DNA from: a bacterium
Lineage (GTDB): Bacteria > Patescibacteriota > Patescibacteriia > Patescibacteriales > GWE2-39-37
Assembly: GCA_037146995.1 (NCBI GenBank)
Contig: JBAWWA010000002.1
Coordinates: 1,955-65,954 of the forward strand
Reading direction: 5' to 3'
Length of the DNA: 64,000 bases
Shown here: positions 12,003 through 22,444 of the stretch, one piece after another
Position numbering within the stretch: the first letter of the stretch is position 1
Layout: each line of letters opens with the position of its first letter
Made by a program: the position numbers and the translations under genes
The notes under the pieces: generated by a model
Told to the model about the DNA's origin: nothing
Seen by the model: only the letters and a program-made list of their open reading frames with translations
Database searches by the model: none

Positions 12003-12380
12003 TTAAACTAGCTTTAAGAGCTTCTTGACCTTAGCCACCACCTCCGCCGGCACAAAATGAGCCTTAATCAAATAATCCACTGCTCCCAAATCCAGACCAC
12101 TCTCCACTTCTGACCGCTGACTAAGATTTGTTAGCAATAGAACCATAATATTTTTTGTCTCATCATGAGTTTTTAGTTCTCGCAAAACATCAAGGCCATT
12201 CATTTTTGGCATCACAATATCAAGGAGAACAATGTCTGGCAATTCCTTTCTAGCAAGTCTTAAACCCTTTTCCCCGTCATCAGCACAAAAGACCTCAAAA
12301 TTTTCGAGCTCAAATTTGGTAGCATAAATACTTTGTAAAAATGAGTCATCCTCTACAATTAATAATTTAGGCTTGTTCAT
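12003..12380 (-). CDS. single-domain response regulator (receiver)
   Basis: IVEDD, LLDIVMP, TN, K motifs. Confidence 0.95.
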   Translation of the reverse strand: MNKPKLLIVEDDSFLQSIYATKFELENFEVFCADDGEKGLRLARKELPDIVLLDIVMPKMNGLDVLRELKTHDETKNIMVLLLTNLSQRSEVESGLDLGAVDYLIKAHFVPAEVVAKVKKLLKLV

Positions 12381-12384
12381 TGAT

Positions 12385-13662
12385 TTAAATATAACGATCT
12401 AGTTTTAAAATATTATTAAACGCTAGCTCACCAGACAAGGCCTTAATCAGAGCATCCTGTCGCAAACTAACCAAGGTAGTGTCGTCTATTAAATCAATCA
12501 ATCGATATTGGCCAGTCTTATTAATTAAGCCATTTTTAAATTTCTTGTTAATCTGCGCAAATTCCACCAAGTCGGTCAGTCCTGTTAAGCCACTATTTTG
12601 ACATGACACACAACCGACGCCCTCGACAAAATGCCACTCCGAAGATATCAATTTAGCGAAAACTATTTTTGCCTTAACTGGCAAGTTATTGATTTCAGGC
12701 TGAATTAGATCTTTAGCTTGACTATCAATGTTAATAACTTGACGACATTTTTGACACACCTTTTCAATTTCTCTGACGACTAACACCCCACCAACCACCA
12801 AAAACCATAAATCTAGGTCGATATTTTGATGTCTTACAAATCTAAAAACATCATTTAAGCCATCAAAAATCATGCCGATAAAAACCTTCTTGCCGGCGAG
12901 TGCCAAATGAAGCGCAAAGTCAAGCTCAGCCGTGGTTTTTAATTCATCGATAATTATCACATCAAAATCCTGGGCCATCACCGCTCTCAGAGCAGTATCA
13001 CAAGTAAAACCAATTTCTGGCCTGATTTGTAATTGTTCAATCTTAGTAACATTTTTAGAGACATAATACTCAATCGATACCGCTTTTTCATTTTCACTTA
13101 AATTACTCAAGGCCAGAGAAAATAGGTAATCTTTGCGTTTTTCCACTTGCTTGCAAGTTACTATCGTGGCTGCCAGATTTTTCTTTAAATACTTGTCCAA
13201 AACCGCTTTGGTGAAATTATTAACTGGTAAGTCAGTAATTTTTTTATCTAGGTTATGATTAATATTAATCACCAAGCGAGATTCAGTTTGTGACAATTTA
13301 ATCCACGAAGCGTTTAAATAGTACTGGCGACCGTCTTGCTGATAAACTAGACGACTCAACTGAGGAAGCTTGTGTTGACTCTCGAAATCAAAATAATTAA
13401 CAACATAATTAAGTAATTCCAAAAATCTCACCCGATCGAATGCATAAACTATTCTTAATTTACCCTGATGACGGAACCTGATATTGCCGCCATTTTTTTG
13501 AAATTCAAAATGAATGGCCGTCACCGACTCATTGATCGCCGTGTCCACCACAACACCAAACAATCTATCGATTGCCAAATCAAAAAAATCCAACCGATGC
13601 AAATTTTTTGGAGTTATCGTTTCTAGGTTTTTTTTAGTTTTTTTTGCCAGAATTTTTGGCAT
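12385..13662 (-). CDS. PilB/GspE-like ATPase homolog with degenerate catalytic motifs
   Basis: IHFE..IRFR..G N2 domain, ALRAVMAQDFDVIIIDE, CQKC..CVSC Zn motif; no Walker A. Confidence 0.8.
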   Translation of the reverse strand: MPKILAKKTKKNLETITPKNLHRLDFFDLAIDRLFGVVVDTAINESVTAIHFEFQKNGGNIRFRHQGKLRIVYAFDRVRFLELLNYVVNYFDFESQHKLPQLSRLVYQQDGRQYYLNASWIKLSQTESRLVININHNLDKKITDLPVNNFTKAVLDKYLKKNLAATIVTCKQVEKRKDYLFSLALSNLSENEKAVSIEYYVSKNVTKIEQLQIRPEIGFTCDTALRAVMAQDFDVIIIDELKTTAELDFALHLALAGKKVFIGMIFDGLNDVFRFVRHQNIDLDLWFLVVGGVLVVREIEKVCQKCRQVINIDSQAKDLIQPEINNLPVKAKIVFAKLISSEWHFVEGVGCVSCQNSGLTGLTDLVEFAQINKKFKNGLINKTGQYRLIDLIDDTTLVSLRQDALIKALSGELAFNNILKLDRYI

Positions 13663-13664
13663 AT

Positions 13665-14711
13665 TTATTCAAATCTATCAAGAGCTAAGCCTGCCGCCAC
13701 TGACAATCTAGGACTGATTTCAGTCAAAAGCGGCTTAAGCTCCAAAGGATACGAGATATGTGACCAAGAATCACCAACTATTACATTCATATTTAAAATA
13801 CGCGAAAGATAATTGGCCAAATTTGAAATCAAAGCTGAGCCGCCAGTTAGGATTAATTTTTCTACCTTCTTGTCACCTCGTCCCTGATAAAGGCCTATTA
13901 AATATTTTATCTCATTAACCAAAGGACTTAGAGACTCTTGAATAGTTTCAGATATTTGCGAATCAGCCGAATCGATAGCACTAATGCCCAGATCAAACTT
14001 CAGTTGCTCTGCTTCTTCCAGGCTAATGCTCATTTTTTGCGCCAAAATCTTTGACAAATTATCACCACCAATCTCAATGCTACGATTTAAAAAAGGTATG
14101 CCGCGTTCGATAATCGATACGTTAGTGGTTGTTGCACCAAATTCAGCAATCATAATCGTTGTCTTGTCGCGACCCATCAAGGCCCTGATCAACGAAAATG
14201 TTTCTGACTCAAGGTTTATTAATTTTAATTTGGCTTTTTTAAAAATATCTTGATACTTGGTAACCAGTACACGCGGAGCCGCAATAACAAAAATCTTTAA
14301 AAGTTCTCGGTTATTTTCCAAACGAGACTCGATCAAGCGCCATTCTAGAACTACATCTTCGATCGGTACCGGTAAAACTTTTTTAGTTTCCCATTCGACT
14401 GCTTGGTCAATCTTTTCCTTGTCGATATCAATCAGATTTATAATTGAAGAAAAAACCGAATAAGCCGGGAGCGAAGCCACGACTGAAGTCGCCTTCATGC
14501 CTGCCTGCGCAATAGTCTTGACTATCAATTCAGCAATTTTATCATTATCATTTCTCCATTTAACTTCAGCATCAGGTGTCAAATTTTCACTAAAGCCATA
14601 ACTTAGCAGCTTGGCCTGATCGCCTACCTTGGTTAATTCAACAATTTTTACACCAGAACTGCCCATATCGATACCAAGGTATCCGGTTTCAGGTGAAGAT
14701 AATATTCCCAT
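13665..14711 (-). CDS. pilM: type IV pilus assembly protein PilM
   Basis: GIDMGSSGVKIVEL, EFGATTT, ILTGGSA, AAGLAL actin-like motifs. Confidence 0.93.
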   Translation of the reverse strand: MGILSSPETGYLGIDMGSSGVKIVELTKVGDQAKLLSYGFSENLTPDAEVKWRNDNDKIAELIVKTIAQAGMKATSVVASLPAYSVFSSIINLIDIDKEKIDQAVEWETKKVLPVPIEDVVLEWRLIESRLENNRELLKIFVIAAPRVLVTKYQDIFKKAKLKLINLESETFSLIRALMGRDKTTIMIAEFGATTTNVSIIERGIPFLNRSIEIGGDNLSKILAQKMSISLEEAEQLKFDLGISAIDSADSQISETIQESLSPLVNEIKYLIGLYQGRGDKKVEKLILTGGSALISNLANYLSRILNMNVIVGDSWSHISYPLELKPLLTEISPRLSVAAGLALDRFE

Positions 14712-14794
14712 ATAGCACTTTATTAAGTAATGATTATATTATATAATAATAAGAGCTGATTGACAAACAATTTTTATCAAATATTATCGACCTT

Positions 14795-16054
14795 ATGAAT
14801 TTTTTTGAACGCTACAAGAAATTAATGATCGGCCTAGCCTTTATTGGCTTCACTGCCCTAATTGGCTATTTTTTATACATAGTGTTCTTTAAGCAATCAG
14901 TCACTACCATACCGATAACCGATGATCAATCGGGCAAAAGTCAAACTGGCTTGCCGTCTGCCTCTCTTGGCACTGACAATCAAATCATTAATAACGGCAC
15001 AGAACAAAAATTAACTGGTCAAAATACTAATAACAACACACCAACTCCTGACACAGGCAGCACCGCTGACTTAGTCGCCAAAGGTGGTATTACCAAAGTC
15101 GAAACTCTTACCAATACTCCCAGCTATGGTGTCAATATGGCCAAAGGCTCAAATGATGCCAGGTATTATGACTCAACTGAGGGTAAATTTTACAAAATCG
15201 ATGCCAATGGCAACAAGACTGCCCTATCGGATAAAAGCTTTTTCGAAGTTCAAAAAGTTACTTGGTCAGGCGCTAACAACAAGGCCATCTTAGAATATCC
15301 TGATGGCTCAAAAACCATTTATGATTTTGATAAGCAAAATCAAATTACCCTGCCCGAACATTGGAAGGATTTTTCATTTTCACCTGACGGTTCCGAGATT
15401 GTTATGAAAACAATGGCAAATGATGTGAACAATCGTTGGCTAGCGGTGACGTCAGCTGATGGCAACAAGGTTTATCCCGTCGAACGAATCGGCGATGAAG
15501 CCAGTATTATTCCGTCATGGTCACCAAACAAACAAATTGTGGCCATGTACACAGAAGGTGCTGGGCTGAATTCGCAAAAAGTCTACTTTGTCGGCTTGAA
15601 TGGTGAAAATTTTAAATCAGCCACCATTGATGGTCGTGACTTCAGACCGCAATGGTCACCACAAGGCGATGTCCTGGCCTACAGTACCTACTCCGATTCA
15701 TCAGACCTTAAGCCAAGCATGTATGTGGTACCTGCCCAGGGTGAACATATCGGCGAAAATACTAAAAATTTAGAAATAAATACCTGGGCTGACAAGTGTT
15801 CTTTTGCAGACAACACCACATTGTACTGTGCTGTACCAAAAGAACTTGAAAGAGGGGCAGGACTCTTTCCCAAAATGGCAGACAACACGGCTGATGACAT
15901 TTACAAGATCGATGTGCAAAGTGGCTTAAAAACCAAGATTGCCGTCCCTGAAACAGATTTGAATATCGTTGAAATGAGCATCTCGGCCGATGGTAGTAAT
16001 TTATTTTTTAATGACAAAGCAACTGGCTTATTACACAAGATTAAACTAAAATAA
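14795..16054 (+). CDS. membrane-anchored TolB-like beta-propeller protein
   Basis: N-terminal TM, low-complexity linker, repeated WSP/FSPDG motifs. Confidence 0.75.
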   Translation: MNFFERYKKLMIGLAFIGFTALIGYFLYIVFFKQSVTTIPITDDQSGKSQTGLPSASLGTDNQIINNGTEQKLTGQNTNNNTPTPDTGSTADLVAKGGITKVETLTNTPSYGVNMAKGSNDARYYDSTEGKFYKIDANGNKTALSDKSFFEVQKVTWSGANNKAILEYPDGSKTIYDFDKQNQITLPEHWKDFSFSPDGSEIVMKTMANDVNNRWLAVTSADGNKVYPVERIGDEASIIPSWSPNKQIVAMYTEGAGLNSQKVYFVGLNGENFKSATIDGRDFRPQWSPQGDVLAYSTYSDSSDLKPSMYVVPAQGEHIGENTKNLEINTWADKCSFADNTTLYCAVPKELERGAGLFPKMADNTADDIYKIDVQSGLKTKIAVPETDLNIVEMSISADGSNLFFNDKATGLLHKIKLK

Positions 16055-16266
16055 TGAAAACAAAAAAATCAAACAAACTGTTTATCATATTTTCAATTAG
16101 CACGCTTATTATCGGAGTAATTGCTTTTAAATATTTATTAATAACCAGTCGACATAGCAGTAGTAATAATAGTCAGTCGGTCACAGCTACCAAAAGTCTG
16201 GATGCAAGTTGCTTTTCTACTACCGAAGACCCATTTGTCACAAAAGTCGACCCAAACTGCAACTAA
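16054..16266 (+). CDS. small single-TM hypothetical protein
   Basis: 70 aa, translationally coupled between flanking genes, two C-terminal Cys. Confidence 0.65.
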   Translation: MKTKKSNKLFIIFSISTLIIGVIAFKYLLITSRHSSSNNSQSVTATKSLDASCFSTTEDPFVTKVDPNCN

Positions 16267-17616
16267 ATGTCCAAAATAACTACCATATTTACCTGCTCAA
16301 AATGTGGCGCCCAGTATCCTAAATGGACTGGGCGTTGTTCTGAATGCAGCAGCTGGGGCACAATCGTTCAAGAAACTAAAGATGCCCATACAAACAATAA
16401 AGACAGTCATAAGCAGAATGCCATCGAAACAATTGATTTAGCCACCCTAAAAAAACAAGAAAACAAGCGTCTATCAACTGGGCTAATCGAGCTTGACCGT
16501 GTTTTTGGTGGTGGTTTAGTTCCGGGCTCTTTGATACTACTTGGTGGCGAACCAGGTATTGGCAAATCAACGATCGTGGCTCAAATCGTCAATGAGCTAA
16601 AAAAAAATAAACCAGTCTTATATGTTTCTGGTGAAGAATCTGCTAATCAAGTCAAAGACCGTCTTGAACGTTTAAACATCAACTTTGATAATCTACATTT
16701 TTTAGCTGAGACAAATACGGAAAAAATTGCCGCCACTGCCATAAAGCTCAACCCCGAACTTTTAGTTATTGACTCGATTCAGACCGTGTACTCAAATCAT
16801 GCCGACTCGGAAGCTGGCAGTCTATCACAAATCAGGGCAAGCGCTGTAAGTTTTTTGGAAGTTGCCAAACAGCATGATATTACAACCATAATCATTGGTC
16901 ACATCACCAAGGATGGCCAACTAGCTGGACCAAAAAGCTTGGAACACATAGTTGATGTTGTACTCTATCTAGAGACCGAAAGTAGTCATAATTACAGAAT
17001 ACTCAGATCCAGCAAAAACAGATTTGGCTCAGTCAATGAACTGGGCATTTTTGACATGACAGTCAGTGGCTTCAAAGAGGTCAAGAATCCAGGTTCAATT
17101 TTTCTTGATGTTCATAATCAAGACTTATCAGGCTCAGTCATTAGTTGTGTCATGGAAGGCTCTAGGCCCTTTCTAGTTGAGGTTCAAGCCTTGGTGACCA
17201 AGACCATATTTGGCTATCCTCAAAGAAAAGCCTCTGGCTATGATATAAATCGTTTGCAAGTCCTGACGGCCGTCCTGATGAAGCGAGCTAATTTAAATCT
17301 AACCGACAAAGACATAATCCTAAATGTAGTGGGCGGTTTAAAAATTAACGACCCTGCCCTAGATCTGGCTGTCTGCACTGCCGTCATTTCGTCATTAACG
17401 AATATTGTTATAAATCGCCAAACTTTAATTATTGGCGAAGTCGGTTTAGGCGGTGAAATTCGCAATGTCAGCAAGCTTGATGTTCGACTCAATGAAGCTA
17501 GCAAGTTAGGCTTTACTAAAGTCTTAACTCCGGTGTCACCAATTCAAAGTAAAAAAACCGAACAAATTAATTTAAAAAACGTGAGCGACCTTGTTGAATA
17601 CTTGGCAAAAAATTAA
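16267..17616 (+). CDS. radA: DNA repair protein RadA/Sms
   Basis: C4 Zn finger, GGEPGIGKST, KNRFG motif, Lon-like C-terminus. Confidence 0.98.
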   Translation: MSKITTIFTCSKCGAQYPKWTGRCSECSSWGTIVQETKDAHTNNKDSHKQNAIETIDLATLKKQENKRLSTGLIELDRVFGGGLVPGSLILLGGEPGIGKSTIVAQIVNELKKNKPVLYVSGEESANQVKDRLERLNINFDNLHFLAETNTEKIAATAIKLNPELLVIDSIQTVYSNHADSEAGSLSQIRASAVSFLEVAKQHDITTIIIGHITKDGQLAGPKSLEHIVDVVLYLETESSHNYRILRSSKNRFGSVNELGIFDMTVSGFKEVKNPGSIFLDVHNQDLSGSVISCVMEGSRPFLVEVQALVTKTIFGYPQRKASGYDINRLQVLTAVLMKRANLNLTDKDIILNVVGGLKINDPALDLAVCTAVISSLTNIVINRQTLIIGEVGLGGEIRNVSKLDVRLNEASKLGFTKVLTPVSPIQSKKTEQINLKNVSDLVEYLAKN

Positions 17617-17636
17617 ATCTTGAACTCATAAAAATA

Positions 17637-17667
17637 AAAAAACTCCACTGATTAGTGGAGCTTTTTT
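17637..17667. terminator. bidirectional terminator between convergent genes
   Basis: aaaaaactccact-gatt-agtggagctttttt. Confidence 0.7.
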
Positions 17668-17677
17668 AAAATAAACT

Positions 17678-19345
17678 CTAATAAACTTTTAAGATATCAA
17701 CTCCAGTATAAAAGTACTTTATAACCGTATCCCATTTTTTAGCATCATTTACGACCATTAATAAAGCGCCTCTGGCACTCATACCAACACCATGTCCCCA
17801 AAGTGTTTGACCAGTATCTTGAGGCACCTGTACTGGCACAAGCCAAGGCATGCCAGCCCCACCCCATACCTCCTGATAACTTCGAGTATGACCATCTGAA
17901 CGTGAAAAATATGGCGTTACAATGATTTTGCCTTGATAGGCTACAACCATGCCCCTGGTTTCATTCTCAGCCTGAACTAAGGTTGGCATCCTAGCCTCAG
18001 AGCTGTAGCCACGATAAACCTGATCATAAGTGGAATCTAAATGAAAATGTTCATCAGCATGTTTGGTTGATCCGTCAGGAATCTTAAAGTCAATACCTCT
18101 ATTATAATGATACATGGCATAGCTTCTAGCGGCAGCTAACATTACTTTTTGAAATTCTACAGGTGAATAATTTGATGTCTCACCGAGGCCCTTTAGATAA
18201 AATGATAATGGCAGCTCATTGATAACCCAGAATTTTTTAGTTTTCGTCGAATAATTAAATTCAATTATATTTCTAAATTTATTATCTCTTGTTGTGCCAC
18301 TTCCTTGAGCCACTGCACGATAATTAACCAACGTGGCAACCGAATTTTTTAATCTAGGCACGATTCTAATGGGAAAATTACTGTATTTTGTTATACCCAA
18401 TAATTTAACATAATATTGTTTGGTCGAGGTCGAGAAACCAACCTCTATAGTGGTTGCCGGAATAGCACCAGAGAAAAGCGGTAACGTGCCAGTCATAATG
18501 TCAGTAATTGATTCATGAGATACGATCTGAGAATCAACTGTCGCAAATAAGCCTATGCGCATCATGGGCTCAGTTTTATCTTGAATATTAATATCACTTT
18601 GCCCACTTGAATTGCTTGGCTCGATAGCGCTAGTGTTGCAATTTGCCAAAGCGGCAATCTGATCTGAGGTCACTAATCCAGTTGACGAGCATAAAAAACT
18701 AGAGGCGGCAGTGGAGGTTTTTGTAGATAAATTGCTGGCAATATTTGTATAAATGGTTGAAATTGGCGTCGCGATCGGATTATTATTTGTATTTACTGTT
18801 GACTGAGTATTTGTATTGACCGTTGCCGCAGTCACCGAGGCTGCTTTGTTAACATTTACAAAAACCCGTACAACAGAGCCCTTAATCACCTGTGCCCCAT
18901 TCTCGACCAGCTGAAAATTTTGTTGAATATCACCAGTAACCGCTACCGGAGCCTGTAAATAAAAAGTAAAGCTGCTACTTTTGCCTGGCATAACATCAGT
19001 ATTTAATCCTATTACACGATAATAATTCAGCCAGCTACTATGCTGCAATTGACTCTGACTTTTTAAAAAATCACCAGTCTCTAAAAAAACCTGACCCTTC
19101 TTCCAGATTTTACTGCCATTATTTTTCAAAGTAATGGTCACGGCTGAGGATTTGCCTTGATTAATCGCTGTGAAAATAGTACCGACAGTCGCCTCAGCTT
19201 GTGAGTCTTCCGCGAAAGCTAGTGCCCCTGAGCCAGAAATCAAAAAAACAGTAAAAACAAAAAAAATCAAGCTGAGTGCTATTTTTTTAGTTATTACTGC
19301 CTTCCTAAAACCAACCGCTAACTTGAATTTGTAAAGATTCATCAT
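17678..19345 (-). CDS. exported SpoIID/LytB-domain lytic transglycosylase with N-terminal Ig-like domain
   Basis: YLKGLGE, AARSYA, DQVY, GHGVGMS, YFYTG; signal peptide and Thr/Asn-rich linker. Confidence 0.85.
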   Translation of the reverse strand: MMNLYKFKLAVGFRKAVITKKIALSLIFFVFTVFLISGSGALAFAEDSQAEATVGTIFTAINQGKSSAVTITLKNNGSKIWKKGQVFLETGDFLKSQSQLQHSSWLNYYRVIGLNTDVMPGKSSSFTFYLQAPVAVTGDIQQNFQLVENGAQVIKGSVVRVFVNVNKAASVTAATVNTNTQSTVNTNNNPIATPISTIYTNIASNLSTKTSTAASSFLCSSTGLVTSDQIAALANCNTSAIEPSNSSGQSDINIQDKTEPMMRIGLFATVDSQIVSHESITDIMTGTLPLFSGAIPATTIEVGFSTSTKQYYVKLLGITKYSNFPIRIVPRLKNSVATLVNYRAVAQGSGTTRDNKFRNIIEFNYSTKTKKFWVINELPLSFYLKGLGETSNYSPVEFQKVMLAAARSYAMYHYNRGIDFKIPDGSTKHADEHFHLDSTYDQVYRGYSSEARMPTLVQAENETRGMVVAYQGKIIVTPYFSRSDGHTRSYQEVWGGAGMPWLVPVQVPQDTGQTLWGHGVGMSARGALLMVVNDAKKWDTVIKYFYTGVDILKVY

Positions 19346-19563
19346 TGCTTCGTTTTTATTTTATATTTGTTTTTGCAGGTTATGCACTTTTTGCGCACAA
19401 CTTATTTTATACGTTTAAATTATACCAAAAAAACACATAATGGTCAAAAGATGTTGCCTAGTTATTGATTTTAGCTAGCATTTCTTCACACACCCTTGCC
19501 AAAGTTGTTTTTTTTTGTTATATTCTATTTAGCCTTTTTTAGGCTATATTTTTTTATTTTTTA

Positions 19564-19636
19564 GCGCCGTTAGCTCAGCCGGTAGAGCAGGTCCCTTTTA
19601 AGGACAAGGTCGCAGGTCCGAATCCTGCACGGCGCA
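19564..19636 (+). tRNA. tRNA-Lys(UUU)
   Basis: GCGCCGT/ACGGCGC acceptor, D-arm GCTC/GAGC, anticodon loop CTTTTAA; T-loop reads TCCGAAT; CCA not encoded. Confidence 0.9.
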
Positions 19637-19793
19637 CATTTAGTAATCACTTATTAATTTTGGTGATTATTTTTTTTGTTTATATTAGCCAACCTTAATT
19701 ACTTTTTAACACTAACTCTCGGTTAAATCTAGCGCACCCTTGCAATTTTTCCTTACCTTGATTTTAGAGGAGCAAAAAGGTAATATACTTAAT

Positions 19794-21179
19794 ATGAGCG
19801 AGCCAATAGGAAAACTACCACCCCAAAGCGTTGAAACCGAGGAATCACTCCTTGGTTGTTTATTGATTGATAAAGATGCCATTATCAATGTTGCCGACCT
19901 CATCACTTCTGATGATTTTTATCGTGACGCCAATCGTATCATCTATGAAACGATGCGCGAGCTATTTGCCAGGCAGGAACCTATAGATATAATCACTCTA
20001 ACCAATAAATTAGAGGAAAAAGGAAAATTAGAGATAATTGGCGGACGTACGAATTTAGCGCGACTTTCAAATATGGTGGCTTCAAGTGCTCATGTTGCTT
20101 CATATGCTGCCATCGTCCAAAAAAAAGCAACGCTACGACGTCTAATTGAAGTCTCAAGAGAATTATCAGAGATGGGCTATGCAGAGGATGAAGATGTTGA
20201 TGCCCTGCTCGATGAAGCTGAGAAAAAATTATTTTCAGTTTCACAAAAAAATTCTAAAAATGCTTTTACACAAATTGACGCCTTGCTGGCTGGGGCCTTC
20301 GATCGCATCGACGAACTTCATCGTCAATCAGGCAAACTACGCGGATTATCAACTGGCTTTGTCGATCTAGACAAATTACTCGCTGGTTTTCAACGTTCAG
20401 ATTTAATTATCTTGGCCGCCCGCCCCGCCGTCGGAAAAACTTCACTAGCCCTAGATTTTGCCAGATTCGTATCTTTAAAAAATAATGCTTCAGTGGGTTT
20501 GTTTTCACTAGAAATGAGCAAAGACCAGCTAGTTGATCGTATGCTTTGCGCACAGGCACAAGTAAATCTATGGAAAATGCGTACGGGTAACCTCTCAGAC
20601 AAAGAGGAGGACAATGATTTTACTAAAATTGGCAAAGCCATGGGTCAATTGGCTGAAGCCAAAATTTTCATCGATGATACTTCGAATACCAACATTATGG
20701 ATATTCGCACCAAATGTAGGCGTCTAAAAATGGAACACGGCCTTGACTTCATTGTTATTGACTACCTTCAACTCATGGAGGGCCGCGGCAAATCACAAGA
20801 CAATCGCGTGCAAGAAGTCTCAGAGATATCCCGCGGTTTAAAGGGTATTGCCCGCGAACTAGATGTACCGGTTCTAGCCCTTTCTCAACTCTCTCGTACC
20901 GTCGAGCAAAGCACGCCAGCCATACCGAAGCTTTCTCATTTACGTGAATCTGGCTCAATCGAACAAGACGCCGATATCGTATTGTTTATTTATCGCAAAG
21001 CGGCTGATAGAAACTATCGCCTAGAAGATCTTTCTGATTTTGAGAAACATTCAGCCGAAATACATATTGCAAAACACAGAAATGGCCCGACTGGCATGGT
21101 ACCACTATACTTTAATCCAGACACAGCCAACTATCATAATCTAGAACATCAAGGTTATGAAGCCCCACCAGAATTTTAA
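19794..21179 (+). CDS. dnaB: replicative DNA helicase
   Basis: PPQS..E, AARPAVGKT, IDYLQL, LRESGSIEQDAD, KHRNGPTG. Confidence 0.98.
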   Translation: MSEPIGKLPPQSVETEESLLGCLLIDKDAIINVADLITSDDFYRDANRIIYETMRELFARQEPIDIITLTNKLEEKGKLEIIGGRTNLARLSNMVASSAHVASYAAIVQKKATLRRLIEVSRELSEMGYAEDEDVDALLDEAEKKLFSVSQKNSKNAFTQIDALLAGAFDRIDELHRQSGKLRGLSTGFVDLDKLLAGFQRSDLIILAARPAVGKTSLALDFARFVSLKNNASVGLFSLEMSKDQLVDRMLCAQAQVNLWKMRTGNLSDKEEDNDFTKIGKAMGQLAEAKIFIDDTSNTNIMDIRTKCRRLKMEHGLDFIVIDYLQLMEGRGKSQDNRVQEVSEISRGLKGIARELDVPVLALSQLSRTVEQSTPAIPKLSHLRESGSIEQDADIVLFIYRKAADRNYRLEDLSDFEKHSAEIHIAKHRNGPTGMVPLYFNPDTANYHNLEHQGYEAPPEF

Positions 21180-21196
21180 AATTAATAATTAATAAT

Positions 21197-21475
21197 ATGT
21201 TCAACAAATTAAAACAATTCAAAGATCTTAGGGATCAAGCCAAAACTTTGCAAAGTGCCCTGGCCAAAGAATCAATCACACTTGATAAAAATGGAGTCAA
21301 ATTAACCATGAATGGCAATATGGAAGTAACAAACATTGTCATAACCGAGCAATTAGCAAACGACAAGATGGCCTCAACTATGAAAGACTTAATGAATGAT
21401 TCTGTAAAGAAAATGCAAAGGATAATGGCTGAAAAAATGCAATCAATGGGTGGTTTTCCTGGACTGGGCATGTAA
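21197..21475 (+). CDS. ybaB: YbaB/EbfC nucleoid-associated protein
   Basis: size, sequence pattern and position upstream of recR. Confidence 0.85.
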   Translation: MFNKLKQFKDLRDQAKTLQSALAKESITLDKNGVKLTMNGNMEVTNIVITEQLANDKMASTMKDLMNDSVKKMQRIMAEKMQSMGGFPGLGM

Positions 21476-21566
21476 TCACTATTTTTCGATTCCCAATTTT
21501 CAAGTTTTAATACAGAACTGTAATGATCAACTACTTGAAAATTGACTAATGAAAATTATCCCCTAA

Positions 21567-22163
21567 ATGAAATTCCCAAAAGCGATTACAAATCTAATAA
21601 ACGAGCTAGCAAATTGGCCGACAGTTGGACCCAAGACCGCTGAAAGATTTGCTTTTTATCTGCACAAACAAAGCAAAGAATCATTAATCAATCTGGCTAA
21701 AATATTAGTTGAATTAAAAGAACGAACCACTACCTGCTCTGTTTGTTTTGCCCTGGCTGAAACCAACCCGTGCAATATTTGCATGGACAACAAAAGAGAC
21801 AATAAAACTATTTGCGTTGTGGCTAACTACCGTGATTTAATCAGCATTGATAACACAAAACAATTTAATGGTAAATTTTTTGTTTTAAATGGTGAATTGT
21901 CACATCTAGATGGTATCGGTCCAGAACAACTCAATATTCAAAAATTAGTTGACAATATTCAAAAAAATAAAACCGAAGAACTAATTTTAGCTTTAAACCC
22001 CACAATCGAGGGCGAGACGACTGCCATGTATTTGAAGAAATTACTTAGTCCACTCAATCTTCGTGTAACCAGACTGGCCAGAGGTCTACCCATGGGCTCA
22101 GACCTAGAATACGTTGATGAATTAACACTAACCAATGCGTTAAAATATAGAAATGATCTTTAA
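21567..22163 (+). CDS. recR: recombination mediator RecR
   Basis: PTVGPKTAER HhH, C4 Zn finger, Toprim EGETT, GLPMG. Confidence 0.97.
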   Translation: MKFPKAITNLINELANWPTVGPKTAERFAFYLHKQSKESLINLAKILVELKERTTTCSVCFALAETNPCNICMDNKRDNKTICVVANYRDLISIDNTKQFNGKFFVLNGELSHLDGIGPEQLNIQKLVDNIQKNKTEELILALNPTIEGETTAMYLKKLLSPLNLRVTRLARGLPMGSDLEYVDELTLTNALKYRNDL

Positions 22164-22181
22164 AAAAAGGAGATATTAATA

Positions 22182-22430
22182 GTGAATACTAACATTGACA
22201 ATGAAGACGAAGTTGATCGATCGATCATGACAGAATTTACGATTTTTAATGTATGCGCTTTTTGCGGTAACTTAAACTTCAAAGAAATCGATCCGAAAGA
22301 TTGTTCACTTTGCGGCACTGGCAGAGTCGAAATAGAGATAATTATCCAAAATATTTTAATCAGACAGGCAAAAATTGCAGCTCAGGTGAAAACAAGCCCA
22401 TGCAAAGTTTGCAACAACCATCATCCCTAA
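22182..22430 (+). CDS. small Cys-rich hypothetical protein (three CxxC)
   Basis: SD AAGGAG before GTG; CAFC, CSLC, CKVC. Confidence 0.65.
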   Translation: MNTNIDNEDEVDRSIMTEFTIFNVCAFCGNLNFKEIDPKDCSLCGTGRVEIEIIIQNILIRQAKIAAQVKTSPCKVCNNHHP

Positions 22431-22444
22431 ATAGGAGGCCAAAA

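Noticed and set aside
22301-22444. N-terminal extension of the 126 aa ORF 22301-22681
   Set aside because: Overlaps the upstream ORF; a strong SD supports the ATG at 22445
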